A stretch of DNA of 64,000 nt from contig CAWGAT010000023.1 of the NCBI GenBank assembly GCA_963820555.1, forward strand, positions 27,904 through 91,903, read 5' to 3'. A program made the position numbers and the translations under genes. Shown one piece after another: positions 1-9,107 of this stretch; position 1 is the stretch's first letter, and each line of letters starts with the position of its first letter. This DNA is from Candidatus Bathyarchaeota archaeon. GTDB taxonomy: Archaea > Thermoproteota > Bathyarchaeia > TCS64. The notes under the pieces were generated by a model, which searched no databases, had not been told where the DNA came from, and worked only from the letters and a program-made list of their open reading frames with translations.

Positions 1-1
1 G

Positions 2-94
2 AGCTTTTCAGGTAACGCTGACCACACGCTTCGCCTTGAATACTATGAGTACACAGGGAACGCCCGCGTTTCATTCAATGTAAAACAAGGGTAA
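2..94 (+). CDS. 3' end of a CDS entering from upstream of the window; PA14-like C-terminal motif (partial)
   Basis: Frame 2 is open from the window edge to TAA at 92-94. It reads SFSGNADHTLRLEYYEYTGNARVSFNVKQG*, which resembles the end of PA14/GLEYA-type carbohydrate-binding domains. Confidence 0.4.
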   Translation, partial: SFSGNADHTLRLEYYEYTGNARVSFNVKQG

Positions 95-148
95 CATTTT
101 TGATAAATATCAGTAGCCAGTTTCTCACAATGTGCGCACGGAAGTGAG

Positions 149-172
149 GATAAGGCTATGGCCCCAAACCCA
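149..172. repeat. Left copy of a 24-nt perfect inverted repeat (GATAAGGCTATGGCCCCAAACCCA)
   Basis: The exact reverse complement occurs at 12657-12680. The left copy runs into a short (CCCAAA)3 tract. Confidence 0.85.
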
Positions 173-282
173 AACCCAAAGGCCCCACGATACGCATGAA
201 ATCTCATCTGTATATGATCACTTTAGGTCAGAAACATTGTTTCATTAATCTCTTAAGTTACCTTCAACTTTGATAAGATGGG

Positions 283-975
283 ATGTCAATTAAGAATAAG
301 CTCTTCTTCACGGTAACCCTTGTGATCCTCATTCTCCCACTGCTCATGTCGGGTCAAGCTCAGGCGGCTCACAATCAAGAATACAGAGCCAGTTTTTCAT
401 GCCTCGCATCTGGAGGATGTATAGTGTTTCCCGACATTGGTTTATACGGATCGCCACCAGCAATAGTAGCCTATACAGGAATGGGCACCTTATCTCTATG
501 TGGATCTGCAAAAGCAACCCTATATCCCGCTAGTCTAACGGGTCTCACATTTCCAATCTATGTAGCTGAAAGGGGAGTCAAAGCTCTAGGTATGTTCACC
601 GCCACATGGAGCGGGCATAAAATAAGTTTACTCCTCTTCTCACGACCTGAAACCTCAGGTGCATTCGTAGACCCGAGTACCTATACTGACCTCTTTACTG
701 TAGGCTTCTATCCGATTTCAGGGCAGGGGTCATCTCCTACTTTGTCGTATAGTGGAATCTATATAACAGGCACGGGTGTTGAAGCCATATCTGGGAAGGC
801 TGTTGTTGCCTATGAGCCGAAATTCACTACAAACGTGATCGTAATTTCAGTTTATAGATCAGATGGAACCCCACTCGCAACGATAGGGTGGGCACCACAA
901 GCAATTCCAGAAATATTCAACATGCCCGCAGCTGATATCTTCAAACACAGTATAAAAATCACATTAATACAGTAG
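283..975 (+). CDS. Hypothetical secreted protein
   Basis: 230-aa ORF with an N-terminal signal peptide (hydrophobic core LVILILPLLM, AQA cleavage-like site). I recognise no family. Confidence 0.6.
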   Translation: MSIKNKLFFTVTLVILILPLLMSGQAQAAHNQEYRASFSCLASGGCIVFPDIGLYGSPPAIVAYTGMGTLSLCGSAKATLYPASLTGLTFPIYVAERGVKALGMFTATWSGHKISLLLFSRPETSGAFVDPSTYTDLFTVGFYPISGQGSSPTLSYSGIYITGTGVEAISGKAVVAYEPKFTTNVIVISVYRSDGTPLATIGWAPQAIPEIFNMPAADIFKHSIKITLIQ

Positions 976-1154
976 CCCTATTTTCACTTTTTTTTCGAGA
1001 TCTAAAAGGCACAGTGTCACTTCTGAATTATGCACGTGCTGCAGTCACCAATAATTCAATCGTCTGAACATCAACCATTACAATCACTGGTTGAGTATCC
1101 GGTGAAAGGAAGAATAAGACTATCGAGTCAATAATTTGGTCTACCACTAGGATT

Positions 1155-2621
1155 TTAATCCCATAACAGACCGTAGTCTTTGAACTCGGCTTTAACCTTG
1201 GTTATGAGTGATTCGTACTCGGGGCTTGGTCTGTGTTTTTGGAGGTCATAGCACTCTGTAATGAGCTTTCCCTTCTCAGGGGTCGGGGATGTCGTCAACT
1301 TTTCGATTATGCACTTAAACATTGGGTAGATGTCGCTCCGCTTTAAGCCGGCTTTCATCGCCACATCGGAGGCATCTATCATCAACTCCACGTCTGCTGG
1401 AGTCTGCCCTCCGTTCATCCGGCTCCTGCTGACCCTCGGCGTGTATAGATTAGCGCCATTCACCGCTGCTTCAATACTGCGCAAAATCAACTCCTCAAGG
1501 TGACTCTCTGTGCAGAGCTCGGACACGGGTATGGGCCAATGCATTGGAATGCCCTTACAGTTTCGGATAGTCGCTTGATAGACGACTGACCTCGCGAAGT
1601 TCACGGGGAACATGGCTCGCTTCATACCACTGATGTGGTTGAAGTGCTCTACCCCGTTGTAGTAGAGATTGTCGCGATAGACCATCCAAGCAATAATCGT
1701 CTTAACCAGGCTCTCGATTATGGCGCCACCTGGCCCCCCTGCAAATCCGCCCACTATTCCGAAGCTGCCGCTTATCCCGAAGTATCCGTGGCTCTGAAGC
1801 ACAAGCGCCGCAGTGATCAGGTCGTATTGGACCTTCACATCGGGTAGAACCGATAGGAGGACGCCGTCAGTTGGCCTCAGCCCAGCCACGGGATCGATGG
1901 TGGCGAGGAACGAGGAGGCCTCCGTGCTAATCGGGTAGTAGACTATGGCTGCGCCTGGTCTCCCGGCTTTCCTGATTCCCTCTCTGAGCCATGCCACTTG
2001 GCGTTTGGAGGCGTAGGCCTCCAGTGGCTCCCCGTATAACTCGTATCCATCGATGGCGGGGAGGTTGAAGCCCTCGAGGAAGTCGAGTCGGGGGATCATC
2101 GCGAAGTTCTGGACGACGATATTCGCCAGGTCCTCGGTGAATGGCGCGTGGTGGCCCGGCGCGATGTTGAGAGGCTCCTGTCCTTCGATCTTGTGCTGAT
2201 GCCAGACCCTCGCGTCTTTTCCCTCGCCCATTATGACCTCGCTCTGCATCGCTTTGATGGCTTCCTTCACCTCTTCCTCGGAGAACCTGACAACCCGCTC
2301 GCTGTCTATGCATAGGCAGCCTACGTCGACCACGAACCTTACCGCGGCCTGCCACGCTGAATCGGCTAAGCTGTTGTCCATGTTCAGCCAGTTAGACGGC
2401 TCGTCTGGAATCTTTATGTCGAACTCCTTCTCCAGTTCCTGCATTTTCTTGAAGAGGGCGATGTCCCACTCCTTGATTGTTTTCTTTGGCCCTCTCCGCA
2501 TTCGGTCAACAACTTCGACCAGGCTGATCATTATCCTCAAATCAATATTCATGTTCGACTTTAAATCAATAGATGTAGAGTATCTGTCTGATATTATAGT
2601 AGATACTTCGGAGAGCTTCAT
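1155..2621 (-). CDS. MtmB-family (monomethylamine methyltransferase-like) corrinoid methyltransferase, pyrrolysine-free paralogue 1
   Basis: The 488-aa ORF shares AGRPG, GGFAGGPGGAI and a C-terminal ECYDLQKHRPSPEY...DYGLL block with Methanosarcina MtmB as I recall it (AGRPG, FGGYAGGIEE, ECYDVKTVTPTEEY...DLGLVF). There is no in-frame TAG. The real start may be Met24 or Met31 (2552 or 2531), which would leave a normal divergent intergenic region. Confidence 0.8.
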   Translation of the reverse strand: MKLSEVSTIISDRYSTSIDLKSNMNIDLRIMISLVEVVDRMRRGPKKTIKEWDIALFKKMQELEKEFDIKIPDEPSNWLNMDNSLADSAWQAAVRFVVDVGCLCIDSERVVRFSEEEVKEAIKAMQSEVIMGEGKDARVWHQHKIEGQEPLNIAPGHHAPFTEDLANIVVQNFAMIPRLDFLEGFNLPAIDGYELYGEPLEAYASKRQVAWLREGIRKAGRPGAAIVYYPISTEASSFLATIDPVAGLRPTDGVLLSVLPDVKVQYDLITAALVLQSHGYFGISGSFGIVGGFAGGPGGAIIESLVKTIIAWMVYRDNLYYNGVEHFNHISGMKRAMFPVNFARSVVYQATIRNCKGIPMHWPIPVSELCTESHLEELILRSIEAAVNGANLYTPRVSRSRMNGGQTPADVELMIDASDVAMKAGLKRSDIYPMFKCIIEKLTTSPTPEKGKLITECYDLQKHRPSPEYESLITKVKAEFKDYGLLWD

Positions 2622-2674
2622 TTACCCGTTAATATGAAATACAGATTCGATTAGTAGACTGTCAGTGAGAATTC

Positions 2675-3346
2675 TTGACGAGTGAGGAACAGGTTCTGCA
2701 GAAACTGTATGAGGCAGTGCTTAACTTCGACTCCACGTCCGCGGAGAACGCTGCGAAAGAGGCGATATCCCTGAATATGGATCCGATCAAGGCCATTGAG
2801 GAGGGGCTCGCCAGGGGGCTTAGGGAGATCGGTGACAAGTTTGAGCGTGGCGAACTCTACCTCCCCCACCTCATCATGGGCGCGGACGCTATGGAAGCGG
2901 CCATCAAGGTCCTTGAGGGGCACATGACTCAAGGCGAATTAGACGCAACAAGCCGCGGAACCGTCGTTATCGGAACTGTTGAGGGTGACATCCATGACCT
3001 CGGCCTCCGCATAGTCTCCTCGATGCTTCGGGCCAACGGCTTCAAGGTCTACGATCTGGGCTTCAACACGAAGAGCCTAGACTTCATCGAGAAGGCGAAG
3101 GAGGTCAACGCGGACATAATCGCCGTCTCATCGCTGATGACCACCACTATGCCTTTCATGAAGGACCTCATCGAGGCATTGGAAGCTTCCGGGCTCCGGG
3201 GAAAGTTCTTAGTGATCGTGGGTGGCGGCCCCGTTTCGGAGCAGTGGGCCAAGGAAATCGGCGCAGATGGATATGGACGGGACGCGGCTGAGGCCGTCAG
3301 GGCCGCGAGGGAGCTAATGAAGCGCAAGAGGGGATTAGCACCTTGA
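2675..3346 (+). CDS. Corrinoid (B12-binding) methyl-carrier protein, MtmC/MtbC-like
   Basis: 223 aa with an N-terminal helical cap followed by a B12-binding domain. The DxHxxG motif appears as GDIHDLGLRIV, followed by SSLMTTT and GGGP. It has a TTG start, and its stop overlaps the next start (TTGA at 3343-3346). Confidence 0.85.
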   Translation: MTSEEQVLQKLYEAVLNFDSTSAENAAKEAISLNMDPIKAIEEGLARGLREIGDKFERGELYLPHLIMGADAMEAAIKVLEGHMTQGELDATSRGTVVIGTVEGDIHDLGLRIVSSMLRANGFKVYDLGFNTKSLDFIEKAKEVNADIIAVSSLMTTTMPFMKDLIEALEASGLRGKFLVIVGGGPVSEQWAKEIGADGYGRDAAEAVRAARELMKRKRGLAP

Positions 3347-4758
3347 CCTCGCCTAACCTCTGGGAGGTCCTCGACAGGGCCTGCAACACCGGTCAGGTGA
3401 TGCCGGGCAAGGACTTCGACATGAAGCTTTTCCACACGACCACGAGGCTCGTCAAGGAACATGGCATCAAGTACGACCCGAATACGCCAGTGACGAGTGA
3501 CGACGGACTGGCCGACGAGGTCTGGAAGGCCGGGTTAGAGTTGTTCGAGGAGGTTGGGTCATACTGCATCAACTCGGGCAGGATCATCAAGTTTGAGCCC
3601 TCCGAGATCAGGGATGGACTCAGGGACCTCCGCGGGGATGCGGTAGTCGGCGATGGAGCGGAGAAAAGGGTTCTGACCCTCAGGGGTGTTGAGGACAAGC
3701 GGCCTCCTTCCATCGTGTGCGGTGGAGTGATCGAGAGCGACTTCCCCGAGGGTGAGAACTTCGTCAAGCTCTATCAGAGCATCGCTCAAGAACCCTTCAT
3801 CGACGGCTTCTATGTGGGGCCTCCTCTGCACACATCAGAGGGACGACTCGTTAGATCTGGGACTCCACTTGAGGCGCACCTAGGAAAGTCGATGGCTACC
3901 TGGGTTCGGGAGGCTGTGAGGCGTGCCGGTAGGCCGGGGCTCCACTTCCTCTCCGCGTGCACCCCAGCCATCGCAAACGTCGCGGCATCGGATCCAATCG
4001 AAGGCCTGAGGCGCTCTGATGGTATCGTGGCGACGATCATGCCTGAGCTGAAGACTGACTACGAGAACCTGAACAAGGTTACATTCGCACACGACTATGG
4101 GTGCATCAAGCACATCTACAACGGCGGGATGATCGGGGGGTGGGCTGGGGGACCCGAGGGAGCCCTCGTCGTGTCCATTGCTAACGCCATAATGGCGGTC
4201 ATGGTTTACAAGATCGGCGTGGGCTCCTCCTACAACGCGCTGGGCTACCTGAGGGCTTCTGCGCCGAATTACAGCGCCTTCGTCACCCGCCCCTGCATAT
4301 GGGGATCAGCGATAGGCAGCCAAGCCCTCTCTAGGAATACGAAGATCATCAACACTGGGCTCGCCATGACCAACGCGGGGCCGGGCACAGAGATGCAGTT
4401 CCAGGAGATGGCTGCGGCCCAGTGCGCCGCAATCCCATGCGGCAGGGAGGGTCTCTCGCAGGGTGCTAGGAGGTTCAAGGTCAGGCCTCTTCTAGGCAGC
4501 GGTCTCGAGAACAGGTTCTGGGCTGAGGTAGGTTACGCCATGGCTGGGGTCAAGAGAGATCTAGCCAACTCCATCGCAAATTCACTACTTGCTAAGTACG
4601 AAAACAAGATCACACGAGAGTCTGATGGTGGCCCACCCGGGTATACTTTTGACGAGATATACGACTTGGTGACGCTGAAGCCGAGGAAACAATTTCTGGA
4701 TGTTTACGAGAAGGTGAAGAAGGAGCTGGAGGATCTCGGGTTAGATTTCAGGTACTAA
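3343..4758 (+). CDS. MtmB-family corrinoid methyltransferase, pyrrolysine-free paralogue 2
   Basis: The 471-aa ORF contains AGRPG, IGGWAGGPEGALVV, AGPGTEMQFQEMAAAQ, SGLENRFWAEVGYA and a C-terminal ELEDLGLDF. Each matches an MtmB block as I recall it. There is no in-frame TAG. Confidence 0.8.
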   Translation: MTSPNLWEVLDRACNTGQVMPGKDFDMKLFHTTTRLVKEHGIKYDPNTPVTSDDGLADEVWKAGLELFEEVGSYCINSGRIIKFEPSEIRDGLRDLRGDAVVGDGAEKRVLTLRGVEDKRPPSIVCGGVIESDFPEGENFVKLYQSIAQEPFIDGFYVGPPLHTSEGRLVRSGTPLEAHLGKSMATWVREAVRRAGRPGLHFLSACTPAIANVAASDPIEGLRRSDGIVATIMPELKTDYENLNKVTFAHDYGCIKHIYNGGMIGGWAGGPEGALVVSIANAIMAVMVYKIGVGSSYNALGYLRASAPNYSAFVTRPCIWGSAIGSQALSRNTKIINTGLAMTNAGPGTEMQFQEMAAAQCAAIPCGREGLSQGARRFKVRPLLGSGLENRFWAEVGYAMAGVKRDLANSIANSLLAKYENKITRESDGGPPGYTFDEIYDLVTLKPRKQFLDVYEKVKKELEDLGLDFRY

Positions 4759-4813
4759 CATACCAAATAAAGGCAGTCAAGAAACCAACCATACTGTTAA
4801 ATGGAAAAATGCC

Positions 4814-6691
4814 TTGAACTCATTTAAATTGAGTCCTTCTACAAAGGTGCTCTTCGAACCAATCGGAAAGAAGATCGACGCCTCAGCCAACGAAACCATT
4901 CTCGAAATCGCGACTCGAGCTGGCGTAGGTATCAGATCGGAGTGCGGTGGAGCCCAGACTTGTGGGAAATGCCGAGTCATCGTGAAGGATAGGAAAGGGC
5001 TAACGAGTCTAACCGAGAAGGAGAAACAACTCCTCTCCCAGACGAGAATATCCGAGGGATATCGTCTGGCGTGTGCTGCTAAAATATCCGCTGACTTGGA
5101 CCACTTGACCATCGCACTTCCGCCAAGCAGCCTCGTTAGGGAACGGAAATTCATGGAGGCGGGCATCGAAAGTAAGGTGAAGCTTGACCCCGCATTTAAG
5201 AAACTGGTTGTTGCTGTGTCCGTACCTGCCATAGGTGACCGGAGATCCGATGAGGTAAGGCTCTTGGACAGCCTCCGAGAGAGGCATGGATTGGAACACG
5301 TCTCGATCGACTACTCCGTTCTGAAGGATCTTCCCAACCACCTCTACTCTACTGATGCTGTAACAGCTGTCGTATGGGACGAATCCCAGCTGATCTCCCT
5401 TGAGGAAGGAGACACAAGCAGCATCCAGTACGCTTTGGCCATTGATGTTGGTACATCGAGGATAACTTGCTCACTTGTGAATACATTGACTGGTAGGAGG
5501 CTTGCACAAAAATCGATAGAGAACCCGCAGATCACCTATGGAGAGGATGTCATGACGCGTGTCTCCTTCTCACAGACGAGTGAAGAGAATCGGGTTCTCT
5601 TGCAGTGGTCAGTTGTCGAGGGTATTAACCGGCTAATCGAAACTCTCTGCGCCGAGAACCACATCTCACAAGCTAACATCTATGAGGCCGTCGTAGTGGG
5701 CAACACAGTGATGCACCATATGCTTCTCGGCATAGAGACGAGACAACTTGCGAGATCCCCATTCGAGCCGGCGACTAAAGCCTCGATTCACATAAAATCA
5801 GAAGAATTGGGGATGAAAATGAACCACGGGGGAGTAGTGACTCTTCTACCGATAATTGATGTATTCGTTGGAGCCGATGCCGTCGGAGACATCATCTCAA
5901 CCGGATTACATCGACGCCGAAAGCCTACCCTGCTTCTAGACATAGGGACAAACACCGAGGTTATGCTGAACGACGGCGGGCTCATCACGGCCTGCTCCTG
6001 TGCGTCCGGCCCAGCTTTTGAAGGCGTTCACATCGAGCACGGGATGAAAGCGGTGACTGGAGCGATCGAGAACCTCAGAATAGTTGATGGGGGCCTCAAC
6101 TTGAGCTATGATGTGATAGGGGGAGACAAACCCATCGGCCTCTGCGGCTCAGGAATAGTCGATGCAGTAGCTCAGCTCCTTTCATGTGGGATCATCGACA
6201 GAGTTGGAAGGTTCAAAGCCTCAGAGACGCCGAGGCTGAAGAAGCTGGGTGGCGTTACCAAGTTCGTGGTGGTCTGGAGTGATGAGAGCGGAACAGGCAG
6301 CGAGATCACGATTTCTCAGAAAGACATAACTGAGGTCATTCTCGCGAAGGCGGCGATTTACTCAGCCTGTGCTTCGCTGATGGCTATGAAAAAGTTAGAA
6401 GCCAAGGACATAAACTCAATTCTGGTAGCGGGTGCCTTCGGAAACCATCTGGACAAGAACAGCGCTAAGGCCATAGGGCTGTTGCCAGCCGTAGATAATC
6501 GGAGGATCCACTTCGTGGGCAACTCGGCTCTGGCTGGCGCTGAGATGGTGCTCAGATCTCGGGGTAAGCGCCTTTTAGCTGAGAAAGTATCGAGATGTAC
6601 CAGATACGTGGAGCTGGCTACAAGCAGTGATTTTGACCAGGAATTTACCGGAGCCCTATGGCTGCCCCATCGTGACCCAAACAGATTCTGA
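4814..6691 (+). CDS. Corrinoid reductive activase (RACo/AcsV/RamA-type; 2Fe-2S ferredoxin plus ASKHA ATPase)
   Basis: The N-terminus carries a plant-type 2Fe-2S motif, CGGAQTCGKCRV. The rest has ASKHA phosphate motifs AIDVGTSRI and LLDIGTNTE. It lies immediately downstream of the methyltransferase/corrinoid genes. The start is uncertain (TTG 4814 or GTG 4844). Confidence 0.8.
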   Translation: MNSFKLSPSTKVLFEPIGKKIDASANETILEIATRAGVGIRSECGGAQTCGKCRVIVKDRKGLTSLTEKEKQLLSQTRISEGYRLACAAKISADLDHLTIALPPSSLVRERKFMEAGIESKVKLDPAFKKLVVAVSVPAIGDRRSDEVRLLDSLRERHGLEHVSIDYSVLKDLPNHLYSTDAVTAVVWDESQLISLEEGDTSSIQYALAIDVGTSRITCSLVNTLTGRRLAQKSIENPQITYGEDVMTRVSFSQTSEENRVLLQWSVVEGINRLIETLCAENHISQANIYEAVVVGNTVMHHMLLGIETRQLARSPFEPATKASIHIKSEELGMKMNHGGVVTLLPIIDVFVGADAVGDIISTGLHRRRKPTLLLDIGTNTEVMLNDGGLITACSCASGPAFEGVHIEHGMKAVTGAIENLRIVDGGLNLSYDVIGGDKPIGLCGSGIVDAVAQLLSCGIIDRVGRFKASETPRLKKLGGVTKFVVVWSDESGTGSEITISQKDITEVILAKAAIYSACASLMAMKKLEAKDINSILVAGAFGNHLDKNSAKAIGLLPAVDNRRIHFVGNSALAGAEMVLRSRGKRLLAEKVSRCTRYVELATSSDFDQEFTGALWLPHRDPNRF

Positions 6692-6861
6692 TCTGACGCA
6701 GAAACATATGATAAATTTTGTTCTCGCACGCGCTGAGAGCGTCAGACCCTTGAGACGTTAATCAATGAGGAGGCTTTTCTCTTCGTGAAATATCTGAGAG
6801 GTGAAATTAAGAGCTGGATCCCGAGGGTACCCGGAAAATAGAGCGCACGCATACACGACAA

Positions 6862-7476
6862 TCAGAGACCTGTAAGGTGAGCTGCATCGTTAAGCCGTTC
6901 GATCGTCCTCTCACACAGATCGGTCTCCGATAAGACCGTGATAGCTGCATTATCGAACCTGTAGTTTATACCCCCAATCAGCTCTTCGGGAATCCGAAGC
7001 CACCAGTGGGTGACGTGAGTCAAAGAACCACTGTGCCCAACAACGACGAGGTTCTCCCCACTGGACCCATAGATACAGTTCATGACCTCCACCACCCGCG
7101 CGTTCAACATCCTCCAAGACTCCCCATTCGGGTAAGGGCACCAGTCAATCAATGGCTCAGTGGGATCGATGAACATCTGCTTGGCCTCTGCCTTGGTCTT
7201 CCACGCGGCATCCCCGTTGTTACCCTCTCGAAGCCCATGGTACACCTCTGGTTTGACCTCTACCACCTTCCCGATCGCCTCCGCGGTGTGGAGAGCCCGC
7301 TTAAGATCGCTTGATACGATTCGGCACGATGCCCCGTTGAGCAGCTCCTTTAGACGGGTGCCTACTCTTTCGGCTTGCAGGTTACCTCGCTTTGTCAACT
7401 TCGTGTCGGTCCATCCGCCGGTGATGTCTGTTATCTGGTTCTCTGCTTCACCGTGGCGGATCAGGAATAGTGGCAT
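6862..7476 (-). CDS. Histidine phosphatase family protein (phosphoglycerate mutase-like; a CobC-like alpha-ribazole phosphatase role is possible)
   Basis: Contains the RHG motif LIRHGEAENQ and a second catalytic His in VVVGHSGSL. 204 aa. The CobC idea rests only on its position next to the corrinoid cluster. Confidence 0.75.
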   Translation of the reverse strand: MPLFLIRHGEAENQITDITGGWTDTKLTKRGNLQAERVGTRLKELLNGASCRIVSSDLKRALHTAEAIGKVVEVKPEVYHGLREGNNGDAAWKTKAEAKQMFIDPTEPLIDWCPYPNGESWRMLNARVVEVMNCIYGSSGENLVVVGHSGSLTHVTHWWLRIPEELIGGINYRFDNAAITVLSETDLCERTIERLNDAAHLTGL

Positions 7477-7915
7477 GAGAATATGGTTGATGTGCCCGGA
7501 ATAATAGCGTTAAGAGGCTACTAAGCCGAATAGGCTGAGAAACGCGCGTTCAGAAGTTAAAGTGGAGATCTGATAACTCGATTTCAGAGGGAGTTACTGG
7601 AACAAGCAATCGAGTAGAAGTACACAGCTCTTTCACACCATTACGAAGTATGTACGTGTGTTTTTTGTGTTTAGAGAGAGTATAAAAGAGAATGGGTTTG
7701 TCGGGGAAAGTGTGTGTGTGTTTGGGGGATAAAATTTTACCCAACCAACCACGGGAAAGTTCTGGGTTGTTGTGGGATTTTATGGGATGCTGCTATAGGT
7801 CAGGGCAGGTAGAGATTGTCAGAGGCAGGAATAGGGAGTATACCTGTTTTCAGAGAAGAATATACTGATTTTAAGGGTAGATACAGTCAGTATCATAGGG
7901 AAAACGTAGGGACGT

Positions 7916-7943
7916 GTATATCCTTAGGAGAAAAAGGATATAC
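7916..7943 (-). terminator. Perfect 10-bp hairpin (GTATATCCTT-8 nt-AAGGATATAC) downstream of the DUF4062 gene
   Basis: The stem-loop is visible in the sequence. On the minus strand a short U-run (CGTTTTCCC) follows a few nt downstream. It lies about 100 nt past the stop of the 8041-9018 gene. A terminator function is inferred. Confidence 0.2.
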
Positions 7944-8040
7944 GAATAAGATGTGATATTTAAGTCAGTGATTTACACGCGCTTAACTTATTAACAAAGG
8001 GCTAATCGTGGACAAATACATAGAGGCATATACTCGCCTA

Positions 8041-9018
8041 CTATCGGTTTTCTCTTATCCAAGGCAATTTTTCAATCTCAATTTCAGGATACCAACCTGC
8101 ATTTGGTAAACTATACCCTAACGCATACCCTAAATATTCGGCTAACTTCTGCATTTTTTTTGTATAATATGATATTTCCTCGCTTTCAGAATTAATTACT
8201 CCATATACAATCCCTTCCTGTATTATTGGAACAACCAATTCAGATTTTGTTTCTATTACTGCTGCGCGGTAATCAGGTCTTATCTCCACATTATTAGCAT
8301 TAATTGTAATACCAGTTTGCAAAGTCTTTCCAATCAAACCTGTGAAAAGAGCAACCCTATAACGCTGTTTTATTTGCGGAATATTATCTGCGACACAAAT
8401 TAATTGACGTGTATAAGTCTCGGTTGTAAGTAGAAATATCTGATTGTAATCTGTTTTTGTGATTTTACAAAGAATCTGAATTGAGTTTTCAAGCAGTTCA
8501 AAAAGACTCTTATTTATTTTTAACTGACTGAGATAGGGATTATTTGTTAATAAATTACTTTGTAAAGAAATTAAATATTTACCAATCGAAGCGGCAACCT
8601 TTAATCCTAAATCATCAGGTGTGGTAAATCGCTCTACAATATATTTTCTTTTAATCTGTGATTTAAAACGTTCAAGTTTTGTTTTTCCAGTTTCATCTTC
8701 TTCTTTAGAAAGCGAAGAAAGATTTTCATCGATTATAAAACAAAAAACTGGTTTTTTAGATTTAATAGCCTGTTTATATTCAAGTTGAGTGATAGAAAAA
8801 CGTGCCCCTTGGGGTATAAATCCGTACCTGTAAGCATATATTCCAATAAACAAATCACAAGAATCAACTTCATTTAAACAAGCTTCTAAAGGTTCAATAG
8901 GTTTAGCCCCGAAAATTTCCATTCTTTCTGCATGTTGACCTAAACGCTCAATAGCATCTATTGCCGCTTTTCTGTAATCTTTTAAGTCCCTATAAGTAGA
9001 ACTTATAAAAATCTTCAT
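8041..9018 (-). CDS. DUF4062 (TIR/nucleoside-deoxyribosyltransferase-like) N-terminal domain protein with a GAF-like C-terminal domain
   Basis: The N-terminus MKIFISSTYRDLKDYRKAAIDAIERLG...CDLFIGIYAYRYGFIP...SITQLEYKQA matches the DUF4062 consensus (vFiSSt.rDl.eeR, cDlfigi.g.rYG, S.te.Ey). The C-terminal part (ELVVPIIQEGIVYGVINSESEE) looks GAF-like. The gene is markedly AT-rich compared with its neighbours. Confidence 0.7.
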   Translation of the reverse strand: MKIFISSTYRDLKDYRKAAIDAIERLGQHAERMEIFGAKPIEPLEACLNEVDSCDLFIGIYAYRYGFIPQGARFSITQLEYKQAIKSKKPVFCFIIDENLSSLSKEEDETGKTKLERFKSQIKRKYIVERFTTPDDLGLKVAASIGKYLISLQSNLLTNNPYLSQLKINKSLFELLENSIQILCKITKTDYNQIFLLTTETYTRQLICVADNIPQIKQRYRVALFTGLIGKTLQTGITINANNVEIRPDYRAAVIETKSELVVPIIQEGIVYGVINSESEEISYYTKKMQKLAEYLGYALGYSLPNAGWYPEIEIEKLPWIRENR

Positions 9019-9107
9019 CTTAATACATCTATTTAACTATAAATAAAAAAATATTGATGCGCGCGCGCATTTTTGAAGATACGTGAAATTTTTAGACGAT
9101 TAAAAGG

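Noticed and set aside
161-180. (CCCAAA)3 tract as a telomere-like or microsatellite feature
   Set aside because: It has only three units, is embedded in the left copy of the 24-nt inverted repeat, and is not repeated elsewhere in the window. I treat it as part of that repeat rather than a feature of its own.
1155-4758. In-frame amber (TAG) codons that would indicate pyrrolysine read-through in the MtmB-like genes
   Set aside because: Both ORFs are uninterrupted from start to stop in the six-frame track, and the position aligned to Pyl is a sense codon. There is no evidence for Pyl decoding here.
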